DNA from: Planctomycetota bacterium
GTDB lineage: Bacteria > Planctomycetota > PLA2 > JAEUHO01
Assembly: GCA_050248855.1 (NCBI GenBank)
Contig: JBFWRP010000002.1
Span: 32,001 to 96,000, forward strand
Length of the DNA stretch: 64,000 bases
Direction of reading: 5' to 3'
The notes beneath the pieces are model-generated. The model did not search any database and was not told the DNA's origin. It saw only the letters and a program-made list of their open reading frames with translations. The position numbers and the translations under genes were made by a program. Position 1 is the first letter of the stretch; each line of letters begins with the position of its first letter. This document shows, piece by piece, positions 56,618 through 64,000 of this stretch.

Positions 56618-57835
56618 ATGTCCCGCCACCTGATCTTCGCGTTCATCGCGCTCTTCGCGGCGTGTGCTCTCGGTGCCGACGCCGTCGCGCAGCCCGAGGA
56701 CGACTCACCGCCGCCCGCAGGCGTGGAACCCGGAAACGACCCGGGTCTCCAGGATCCGGGCGCTCCGGAATCGGATCCCCTGGATCTCCCCGCGGAGGCG
56801 AGCCCTCCGGCCGCGCCGGAATCGGATCCACTCGATCTCCCCTCGGAGGCGAGCTATCCGGCCGCGCCGGATGAAGCCGGTGCCGTCGAGACGGAGCCGC
56901 TGACGGCCGACGGACCCTGCGGCGTCCCTGCGCACGTTGGGCCCACGAACGCCATGGAGCCCGCAAGCGCCATGGGGCCGGTCAACGACATGCTCTGTCG
57001 TCAGTACCTTCCGTGCCGCTGCGAGGTGCAGTCGCAGGTCGTCGAGATCCCGGCGTGCCTCGGAACGCGTCGCGTCCCGCAGTACGAAGAGGTCGAGGTC
57101 CCGTGCATGGCGGTCCGTCGTGTACCGCAGGTCCAGACGGTCGAGATTCCCGTGTGGAAGACCCGCAACGTGCCCGTGATGACGACACGTCGCGTTCCGC
57201 GCTACGAGAACGTCGAGGTTCCCTGCTACGCGACGCGGCAGGTGCCCCAGTACGAGTCCGTGGAGATTCCCGTGTGGAAGACCCGCGAAGTGCCGATCCT
57301 GGTGAACCGCTCCGTTCCCCAGACCCGCATGGTCTGTGACGAGTGCACGGGCGAGATGGAGCTGGTCGTCTGCGGCTACACGACCGAGCAGGTCCCGTGC
57401 GGGACCCGCACCGAGCGCTACCAAGACGGCGTGCGTACCGAGCAGCGCCTCGTCGGCTACCGGGCGGAGAGGTACCAGAACGGCACGCGCACCGAGCGGC
57501 GTCTGGCGGGCTACGACACGGAGCAGGTCCAGTGCGGTGTGCGCACGGAGCGCTACCAAGACGGCGTCCGTACCGAGCAGCGCATCTGCGGCTACACATC
57601 CGAGGTCTACCAGGACGGTACGCGCACGGAGCGCCGCCTCGTCGGCTACGACACCGAGAGCTACGTGATCCGGCCCGCCACGACGCGTGTCGTCACGCGG
57701 CGCGTGGTGCTGCCGGCGCAGTGGGTCACCGTGGCGCCCGACGGCCAGGCCGAGCTCGCAGAGCCGAAGCAGGGCACGACGCAGGTGATGTCCCAGTCCG
57801 AGTACGCACGGGCCGCGCGGCTGGCTCTTCGCTAG
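56618..57835 (+). CDS. Secreted Val/Pro/Thr/Cys-rich repeat protein
   Basis: AGGAG RBS, signal peptide, 17-aa tandem repeat, then 8-aa xxxxx(V/I)P repeats, CDEC, and 9-aa repeats ending in G. Confidence 0.85.
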   Translation: MSRHLIFAFIALFAACALGADAVAQPEDDSPPPAGVEPGNDPGLQDPGAPESDPLDLPAEASPPAAPESDPLDLPSEASYPAAPDEAGAVETEPLTADGPCGVPAHVGPTNAMEPASAMGPVNDMLCRQYLPCRCEVQSQVVEIPACLGTRRVPQYEEVEVPCMAVRRVPQVQTVEIPVWKTRNVPVMTTRRVPRYENVEVPCYATRQVPQYESVEIPVWKTREVPILVNRSVPQTRMVCDECTGEMELVVCGYTTEQVPCGTRTERYQDGVRTEQRLVGYRAERYQNGTRTERRLAGYDTEQVQCGVRTERYQDGVRTEQRICGYTSEVYQDGTRTERRLVGYDTESYVIRPATTRVVTRRVVLPAQWVTVAPDGQAELAEPKQGTTQVMSQSEYARAARLALR

Positions 57836-57836
57836 C

Positions 57837-58838
57837 GTGGGCTGGAACGTGTTCCGTAGCGAGGGCGCCCGTGGCGTTGGTGGAGGCCCGGCGGTCGCAG
57901 CCGGTGGGCTCCCCGTAGCTCCCGAGGCGCCCTTGCTGTCTGACCAGGCTATCGTGGGCCGCGCTCACGAACCGAGGAGGGGGCGTCCCCGAGCGTCCTT
58001 GCGCCGGTTCGCGGAGCGCGGCCCGCTCGATGCCGGCGGTGGACCATCCGCCGACGCGGGCACCAGCCCCCTGGCAAGGCAGCCGACGCGGGAAGAGAGG
58101 CTCCAAGCCCGCCTGTACCGGCTGTTCGACGCCGACGCGGAGCCCATCGTGGCGTTCCTGCGCTGGCTCGCGCACGCACGAAGCCTTCCGCTACGTCCGC
58201 GCCTGTTGGATGTCGGCTGCGGCACGGGCCGCTTGCTCGTGCCCCTGGCGCGTAGAGGTTGGCAGGTGACGGGGATGGAGCCGCATCCGGGCTTCCTGGA
58301 GCTGGCCCGACGCGAAGTGCGCCATGTCGAAGCAGCAAGCGTCCAGGCCGGTGGCTTTGCCGAGATCGCGGCCCCTCGCTCGCAGGACATGGTCGTGGCC
58401 GTCAACGGACCCTTTGCCTACTTGCGCACGCGCGCCGAGCAGCGCGATGCCTTGCGGCGCATCCACCGGGTGCTGCGGCCCGGCGGGGTCCTGTTTCTCG
58501 AGGTGGCCGACTTGCCTCGTCTCGTGCGGGAGCGCAGCGCGACGGGACATCGCGAGCGACGCGGGCGCGGACCGCAGGCAATCGTGCGCACCACCTGCGC
58601 GCGCGTCGGCGGACGTGCTCGCCATCTCGTCCTGGAGGACTGCTACGAGCGCTCCGGACGGCCCGTGGCGCACCAGCGCCACGAGCTGCGCATCTTGCGC
58701 GCCCGCGACCTCACCCGGTTGCTGACGCGGGCGGGCTTCTCGGAGCTCGAGCTCCATCACGACTACGCATCGCGCTCGGACGACGCGACGCACGGGAGTC
58801 ACATCCTGGTCAGTGCCGTTCGTTCGCGAAGCATCTAG
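57837..58838 (+). CDS. Class I SAM-dependent methyltransferase, start uncertain
   Basis: LLDVGCGTGR, LRPGGVLFLE. Confidence 0.8.
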   Translation: MGWNVFRSEGARGVGGGPAVAAGGLPVAPEAPLLSDQAIVGRAHEPRRGRPRASLRRFAERGPLDAGGGPSADAGTSPLARQPTREERLQARLYRLFDADAEPIVAFLRWLAHARSLPLRPRLLDVGCGTGRLLVPLARRGWQVTGMEPHPGFLELARREVRHVEAASVQAGGFAEIAAPRSQDMVVAVNGPFAYLRTRAEQRDALRRIHRVLRPGGVLFLEVADLPRLVRERSATGHRERRGRGPQAIVRTTCARVGGRARHLVLEDCYERSGRPVAHQRHELRILRARDLTRLLTRAGFSELELHHDYASRSDDATHGSHILVSAVRSRSI

Positions 58839-58848
58839 GAGACTGGAC

Positions 58849-59067
58849 ATGACGCCGACGACCTGTGCCCACGGCAGCTGCACGTGCCTCCCGGAGGCGG
58901 GGACGCTCTACTGCTCGACGTGGTGCGAGATCAACAACCAGGCGGTGCCGTGCCGATGCGGCCACGAGGGTTGCGGCGGGGCCGGGCCGTCCGGGCCCGA
59001 GGCACGGGGCGACCTCGCCCTGCACCCGGACGGGCCTCCCGTCCGGATCGAGCACGGCCAGGGCTGA
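58849..59067 (+). CDS. Bacterial metallothionein-like protein
   Basis: AGGAG RBS; CAHGSCTC..YCSTWC..CRCGHEGC. Confidence 0.75.
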   Translation: MTPTTCAHGSCTCLPEAGTLYCSTWCEINNQAVPCRCGHEGCGGAGPSGPEARGDLALHPDGPPVRIEHGQG

Positions 59068-59126
59068 CGCCGGGCGGCCTTCCGCTTGGCCGCTCGCTTG
59101 CAGGGCGTCGGTCGAAAGGAGGTCGC

Positions 59127-59426
59127 ATGACCCAGCGCAGTCCCAAGCCGAGCCACCCGGAGGCGAAGGGCCCCGCGTCTGCGCCTGGCGAGCAAGCCAA
59201 GCCGTTGGCGGCGAGCGGTTCCCCGTCCGACATCTGGAGGGGCCGCTGGCCCGAGGTGCGCGGCAAGATCCGCGCGGCGTGGAGCCGACTCGGCGACCGC
59301 GAGCTGGACCAGGTCGCGGGCCACCGCGACCAGCTGATCGACCAGATCGCACAGCGGACCGGAGCCGACCGCGGCGAGGTCACGAGTCGCATCCACCAGA
59401 TCGAACGCGAGGTCGTTCGCACGTGA
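59127..59426 (+). CDS. CsbD family stress protein
   Basis: AAGGAGG RBS; GRW....GKIR..W..L.D.ELD...G.RDQL...I..R.G. Confidence 0.85.
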   Translation: MTQRSPKPSHPEAKGPASAPGEQAKPLAASGSPSDIWRGRWPEVRGKIRAAWSRLGDRELDQVAGHRDQLIDQIAQRTGADRGEVTSRIHQIEREVVRT

Positions 59427-59546
59427 CGTGATCCGGGCTGCGCCGTGCGTGCTCCGGGCGGCGCGGCCCACTTCCATCGCTTCCGCACTTGCCCGACGGC
59501 GCGCCGCTGGTGTGTTCCGATCGGCACCCAGGGAGGCCGTACCACC

Positions 59547-59813
59547 ATGTCAGGAACGCCCACCCGCTCGACGCTCTGGGCGCGATTGCGCCGACTGTTC
59601 GGCTTGACCGGCTCACGGAAGCCGGACGAGGACGCCGATGCCCACCAAGCCGAGGTTCCGGGCGCGGGCCCCTTGCATCCCGACACCATGGACCTGGCCC
59701 CCGACTGTCCCACGTGCCATGGAGCTCGCGTCGTCGTCGTCCCCGAGCCGGAAGGGGGCAAGACGATCGCCCCCTGTCCGGAGTGCGCGCCCAACGACGC
59801 CCTCGGCGGCTGA
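59547..59813 (+). CDS. Small protein with DnaJ-like zinc ribbon
   Basis: GGGAGG RBS; CPTCHG...PCPEC. Confidence 0.55.
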   Translation: MSGTPTRSTLWARLRRLFGLTGSRKPDEDADAHQAEVPGAGPLHPDTMDLAPDCPTCHGARVVVVPEPEGGKTIAPCPECAPNDALGG

Positions 59814-59817
59814 GCCC

Positions 59818-59915
59818 GTACGGAGGCGGGGATTTCTTCCGCAACTTGCCGCCCTGCGCTTCGGCATGCGGAAGTGCCCGTCGGCAAGTTGCGGAAGAAT
59901 TCCCCGCCCCCGTAT
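59818..59915. repeat. ~100-bp palindromic element, copy 2 (inverted relative to copy 1)
   Basis: Same arms GTACGGAGGCGGGGATTTCTTCCGCAACTTGCCG and a related spacer, between convergent genes. Confidence 0.9.
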
Positions 59916-59942
59916 CGCTCGGGGGCTGAGCTGCCCTCCTGC

Positions 59943-60746
59943 TCAGGCTCGGCGCAGCACCACCGCGGCGGCGGGTTCCAGGACGCGGAACGTGAACGAC
60001 GCCAGGAGGTACAGCTCGACGTGGTCGCGATCGTGGGCCGCGTAGCCGATCGCGTGATCCTGGCCCAGCGCAAGCCGGAAGTCGCCACCGCGTAGCGACA
60101 CGAGCACGCCGCCCTCGAGCACGGGCGCCCAAGCGGGCGGGTGCTCGATCAGCTGTTCGATGCGGCGGCGTATCGGATACCCGTCCTCGGCGCCGCGCGC
60201 GACGTCGCGGAACGGCCCGGGTCCAAGCGCCAGTCCGTAGGGGCCTCCGATTCCCGCTTCCCGGAGCGTTTCGGTCGCCTGCGTCACGACGTCCGGCCAC
60301 GCGTCGGGCGTGGACCCCACGGCGATCGGATCGTGGGGCGTGGCGGCGCAAAGCCCCTGGATGCCAGCGCCGGTGAAGCCGTGGAACAAGGCCGTGTCTT
60401 CGGCGCGCGCCATGCGCTCGGCAGCGGCTTCGACCGGCCGGAGATCCGGCGCATCGAGCCCCGCGGCGATGCGATCCAGCTCGCCGCGGTCCAGCGCGAT
60501 GGACGTACGCAGTTCCACGAGAGGCTGCACCTCCCGCACCGCCGCGTCCACGCCCTCGCACGGAGGCTCGGGACAGGCCTCGGCGCGACCCAGGTTCTCC
60601 GCTGCATGCTCCCACCCAGCCGGTCCCGTGACGTCGACCAAGGTGCGTCCCGCGAGGTTGACTTCGAGAACGCGCCGTGCCTCCTCGTCGATCATCCGCC
60701 ACGCGGCCGGCAGGAGGGGGGCCAAGCTGCGTCGTAGCAGATCCAT
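59943..60746 (-). CDS. Family 1 encapsulin shell protein (linocin M18)
   Basis: MDLLRRSLAPL...AW..IDEEA, GR.LVDV.GP.GW, AED..LFHG, S.RGGDF.L.LGQD..IGY. Confidence 0.95.
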   Translation of the reverse strand: MDLLRRSLAPLLPAAWRMIDEEARRVLEVNLAGRTLVDVTGPAGWEHAAENLGRAEACPEPPCEGVDAAVREVQPLVELRTSIALDRGELDRIAAGLDAPDLRPVEAAAERMARAEDTALFHGFTGAGIQGLCAATPHDPIAVGSTPDAWPDVVTQATETLREAGIGGPYGLALGPGPFRDVARGAEDGYPIRRRIEQLIEHPPAWAPVLEGGVLVSLRGGDFRLALGQDHAIGYAAHDRDHVELYLLASFTFRVLEPAAAVVLRRA

Positions 60747-60748
60747 CG

Positions 60749-61120
60749 TCAACGCTCCCCGAACGGCCCGAGGCCGCGGGCAACGGCCCCGGCCTCGGGC
60801 TCGCTCCATGTCTCCCCACCCGCGTCATGCGGCGCCCGGATCGGCCCCTCCTGGAAGAGGATGTCGCGGGCCATGCGATCGAGGGTGGGAAGTCGTCGCC
60901 GCAACCACTCCAAGCACATCATCGCGTGTTCCATCTCCTCCTCCATGTTGTGGAGCAGGATGCCCGCCAAGTCCTCGTCCTGGCAGGCCTCGGCGCGCTG
61001 CTTGTACCAGTCGACGGCCTCGAGCTCCTCGATGAGGCTGACGATGGCACGATGGATGTCGCGCGTCGCCGGCGACAAGTCGCTCGCGGGCTCGTGGTAG
61101 TCCGTGCCGGAGCCGGGCAT
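60749..61120 (-). CDS. Encapsulated ferritin-like protein (EncFtn/Flp)
   Basis: YHEP..DLS..TRD.HRAI.SLIEELEAVDWY.QRA..HN.EEE.EH..M.LEWLRR; GGAGG RBS; 2 bp upstream of the encapsulin. Confidence 0.95.
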   Translation of the reverse strand: MPGSGTDYHEPASDLSPATRDIHRAIVSLIEELEAVDWYKQRAEACQDEDLAGILLHNMEEEMEHAMMCLEWLRRRLPTLDRMARDILFQEGPIRAPHDAGGETWSEPEAGAVARGLGPFGER

Positions 61121-61140
61121 GGGCTTGCCTCCTGATGTCG

Positions 61141-62637
61141 CTAGGGTGCGCTCGCCGACTTGACGTCCAGCTCGTTGCGGACGTAGGTCGCGCCCGCATC
61201 CAGGGCGTTCTCGCGCGCGGCCAGTCGCTCCGGCCAGCTGTCGACCGTGCCAGTGAGCGTGGCCACGCCGTCGGACACCTCGATGGTCACCTGTTCGGAC
61301 GTGACGAAGGGGCTCCAGCGGAGCTCGCTGCGGATCGCGTCGCGCAGCTCGGCGTCGGAGCGCAGGGTTCGGATCGGTTCGTGGCCCAGGTCGTACCAGT
61401 CGCACGAACACAGGGTCCAGTCGTCCACGTAGGGACTGTAGGCGTACGGCAAGTCCCGCACGACCAGCCGGTTGGCGATGCGCTTGACGCCCTTGACGCG
61501 CGAGGCGACGTCATCCGCCTCTCCCTTCTCGAACAGCGAGTCGACGACGCCGGACATGTGGACCACGCCACCGCGGACGCGAACGGCAATGTCCTGCCCG
61601 GCCAAGAAGGCGTCTCGGCGGATGGCCTCCCGGACGGCCATCAGGATCTCCGCGTCCGGGACCTCCTCGGGCTGCACGCGAAGATGGTTGACCACGCGAT
61701 GCACGCCCACGGTGTGACGGGCGACTTGCTCCGCGACACGGAGCGCCTTCACGTTGTCCACATGACCGCGGAGCGTGACCGTTCCATCGCCCTCGGCGTC
61801 GATCTCCACGTCGAACGGCTGGACGCGAGGATCCTGCGCAAGGGCCGCTTGGAGGGCGCCCTCGAGCTCCTCCGGGGACTTGAGCACGTACTTCTCGCCG
61901 CGCAGATCGGGGTTGCGCGCCCAGAGCTCGACCTTGAGCTGGGAGTCGTCGACGGCATTCACGCCGGCCGTCCACGCCATCGTGCGGACGATGCGCTTCT
62001 CGGCCGCGCTTCCGACGGTCCCCTTCACGCGGACCAGCCCGCCTTCCGCCGACACCTCGACGAGCGCGTCGTCCACGCGGGCGTCCCAGCGGAGCGCCTG
62101 TTCGATCTCCCGCTGGATCTCGCCGTCGGGTCGCACCTGGGCGAGCTCCACGACGATGTCATTCTGGAGGTCCGTGACGCCGCGCACGCCCTTCGCGACG
62201 CGCTCGGCCAAGCGCTGTTCGTGCCAGGAGTCGACGGTTCCTGCCAGCGTCACGCGGCCCCCGTTGACGCTGACCTTGACCTCGTAGTCGTCCGTGGCCG
62301 GATCGACGAGGAACGCGTGGTGGATGTCGGCCCGGATCTCGTCGTCGGATCGATCCTCGGCAGCTTCCACCTGGATCCGATTGAGGACGGCGCGGACGCC
62401 CTTGACCGTCTCCGCGATGCGCACGGCCCGTTCGCGGGCGAGCAGGTTGTCCACGGAGCCCGTCAGGGTGACGATCCCCTCCGACGTGCTGATGTCGATG
62501 TCGTCGAAGGGCACCGCCCGGTCGGAGATGAGCTCGCGTTCGAGGGCTTGCGTCGTGGCGGAATCGCTCGGCTCGGCGAAGGCCGCGCCGACGGGCAGCG
62601 CGAGGGCCGTGACCAGAAGGGCGATGCGAAGTGACAT
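61141..62637 (-). CDS. Multi-BON domain periplasmic protein
   Basis: Signal peptide; about six repeats of G.VTL.G.V.S...K..A...A....GV..V.N. Confidence 0.92.
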   Translation of the reverse strand: MSLRIALLVTALALPVGAAFAEPSDSATTQALERELISDRAVPFDDIDISTSEGIVTLTGSVDNLLARERAVRIAETVKGVRAVLNRIQVEAAEDRSDDEIRADIHHAFLVDPATDDYEVKVSVNGGRVTLAGTVDSWHEQRLAERVAKGVRGVTDLQNDIVVELAQVRPDGEIQREIEQALRWDARVDDALVEVSAEGGLVRVKGTVGSAAEKRIVRTMAWTAGVNAVDDSQLKVELWARNPDLRGEKYVLKSPEELEGALQAALAQDPRVQPFDVEIDAEGDGTVTLRGHVDNVKALRVAEQVARHTVGVHRVVNHLRVQPEEVPDAEILMAVREAIRRDAFLAGQDIAVRVRGGVVHMSGVVDSLFEKGEADDVASRVKGVKRIANRLVVRDLPYAYSPYVDDWTLCSCDWYDLGHEPIRTLRSDAELRDAIRSELRWSPFVTSEQVTIEVSDGVATLTGTVDSWPERLAARENALDAGATYVRNELDVKSASAP

Positions 62638-63013
62638 GGGGGAGCTCCTGCGTCCTCGGAATGGGGCGCCGCGACCCTTCGAGGAGGAAGCAGGTCGCGA
62701 GCTGGCCATCGGGCTGCGGAAGCTCCGCAGGTGGCCGATCCGTTGATGAACCCCGCGATCCGCATGCCAGTCGGGCCGCGCACCGCGGGACCTGCCCGGA
62801 CGTCCCTTGAGACGTGCGTGGAACGGCGTCAGCGCGGTCGCCAGCTCTTCGGCGTCCACCGCGTCGGCTGGAGGCGAGGGCTCCGATTCGGTTGGCGACC
62901 CATGCTCTCGTGATCGCCGGTGGCGCCAGCCTTGCCTCCTTGAAGGGAACCCGCTTCGGCACGTGCGACGCCGGAGAGGGCGGGCGGATCGCCGCTTGGT
63001 GGTTCGGAGAGGG

Positions 63014-64000
63014 TCAGTGACGGAACACGGCGGCCAGCGGAGCGGCGTCGGGCACGTCCTCATCGGGCACGGCGTACACGGTGCCACCATGCTGGAGCGT
63101 CTGGACCGCCACGACATCCAGGAGATCGCGATCGAAGGGCTGTCGCGTCTCGTGGACTTGCACGAACGGTGCAGGTTCCGCGTCGGATCGGGCCGACGTG
63201 TCGATGCGGCCCCAGAGGTTCTTGCCCGCGGGAAGGAACACGGTGTCGATCCGTCCGTGGAACGCGGCGGGCACGCAGGTCTCGAGGCGGTTGCCCGTTC
63301 GCCCGGTGCCGTGGAGGCCGCGGTACCTGGCCAGGGCCTCGTCCTGCGACTTCCGGAAGTGGGGCTCCACGATCTGCCAAGCACGATCGTGCAGCTCCGC
63401 ATCCGTCAGCTCGTCGACGTTGCCATCGACGCCCGTGGCGTGGAGGCGCGGCAGCTTGCTCACGTCGGCATAGCGCCTCCGTAGTCGCTCGACGCCAGCG
63501 AGCAGGATGGGCGCCTGTTCGCCCAGGAGCAGGTCCTGCAGGCCCTTGTCCACCTTCCTGCAGAAGCGATCGAGGCGGGATCCCTCACCGTCGGCCTTGG
63601 CGCCGTGCCCGTGGAAGATGGCATCGCGCCGCCTTGGCTGGGAGGTGTGGTGCTGCAGCTCCCGCTCCGGATCATCCATCCACAGGGCTTCCTTCAAGCT
63701 GGTCGGCACCTGGGGCAGCGGCACGCGCTCGACCCCTTCGCGTGTTCCCTGCAGGAGGCGTACGTCGTTCTCGCTGAGAGCGAGCACGAAGAAGCGCCCA
63801 TTCCCGCTCAGGAGCGGCAGGAGAGGCTTCACGTGGAACCGGGCATCCACCACCGCCAGCGGCTCGAAGGTCAGCGGAACCCGGAGCTCGCGGACGAAGT
63901 CGCGGGCGCCCAGGAACAGGGCCAGCCCATCGCTCTGGTGCTGCCAGTAGTCCTCGTCCTCGAGAAGCCGGTCGGCCGGCGCCAGGACGGCCACGGCGTC
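63014..64000 (-). CDS. Bacterial archaeo-eukaryotic release factor-like (baeRF) protein, 5' end outside the window
   Basis: FHVKPLLPLL, FFVLALSEN.VRL, FHGHG, P.LLAGV, GRIDT.F, DLLD......L..GG.V, AAVFR. Confidence 0.8.
   Translation of the reverse strand, partial: DAVAVLAPADRLLEDEDYWQHQSDGLALFLGARDFVRELRVPLTFEPLAVVDARFHVKPLLPLLSGNGRFFVLALSENDVRLLQGTREGVERVPLPQVPTSLKEALWMDDPERELQHHTSQPRRRDAIFHGHGAKADGEGSRLDRFCRKVDKGLQDLLLGEQAPILLAGVERLRRRYADVSKLPRLHATGVDGNVDELTDAELHDRAWQIVEPHFRKSQDEALARYRGLHGTGRTGNRLETCVPAAFHGRIDTVFLPAGKNLWGRIDTSARSDAEPAPFVQVHETRQPFDRDLLDVVAVQTLQHGGTVYAVPDEDVPDAAPLAAVFRH

Noticed and set aside
57040..57660. CRISPR-like repeated DNA
   Set aside because: Repeats are in-frame coding units with no constant repeat and unique spacer pattern; no cas genes seen.

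Overview
Two parts. (1) 1..~34989 is the right-hand part of a genomic island that looks less GC-rich than the rest and ends at the displaced 3' half of a tRNA-Sec (selC) gene. It carries a defence cluster (DISARM drmB-drmC, HEPN-like, XRE-ImmA/PIN, HhH-like, HNH), a serine recombinase with a palindromic site, NYN plus transglutaminase-like genes and a split ShosTA-like PRTase/DprA/HAD set. Its backbone has no visible capsid or conjugation genes: RepB-type primase, AAA ATPase, DUF5131, two Dam-like methyltransferases (one in frame with an excisionase-like HTH), a tyrosine integrase and SdpA/SdpB-like cargo. (2) ~35000..64000 is very GC-rich host chromosome, possibly Planctomycetota (inferred from gene content): YqhG/YqhH-like helicase pair, lipoproteins, a MoxR-ABC-DUF58-vWA operon and a stress/iron cluster (CBS, rpiA, metallothionein, CsbD, encapsulin with encapsulated ferritin, BON, baeRF). 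Best finding: the first gene of the MoxR operon appears to be an unannotated selenoprotein, with an in-frame UGA at a Cys position of a DnaJ-type zinc finger (CPG-U-AGSG) followed by a bacterial SECIS-like hairpin. All family calls come from reading motifs by eye; no searches were run.
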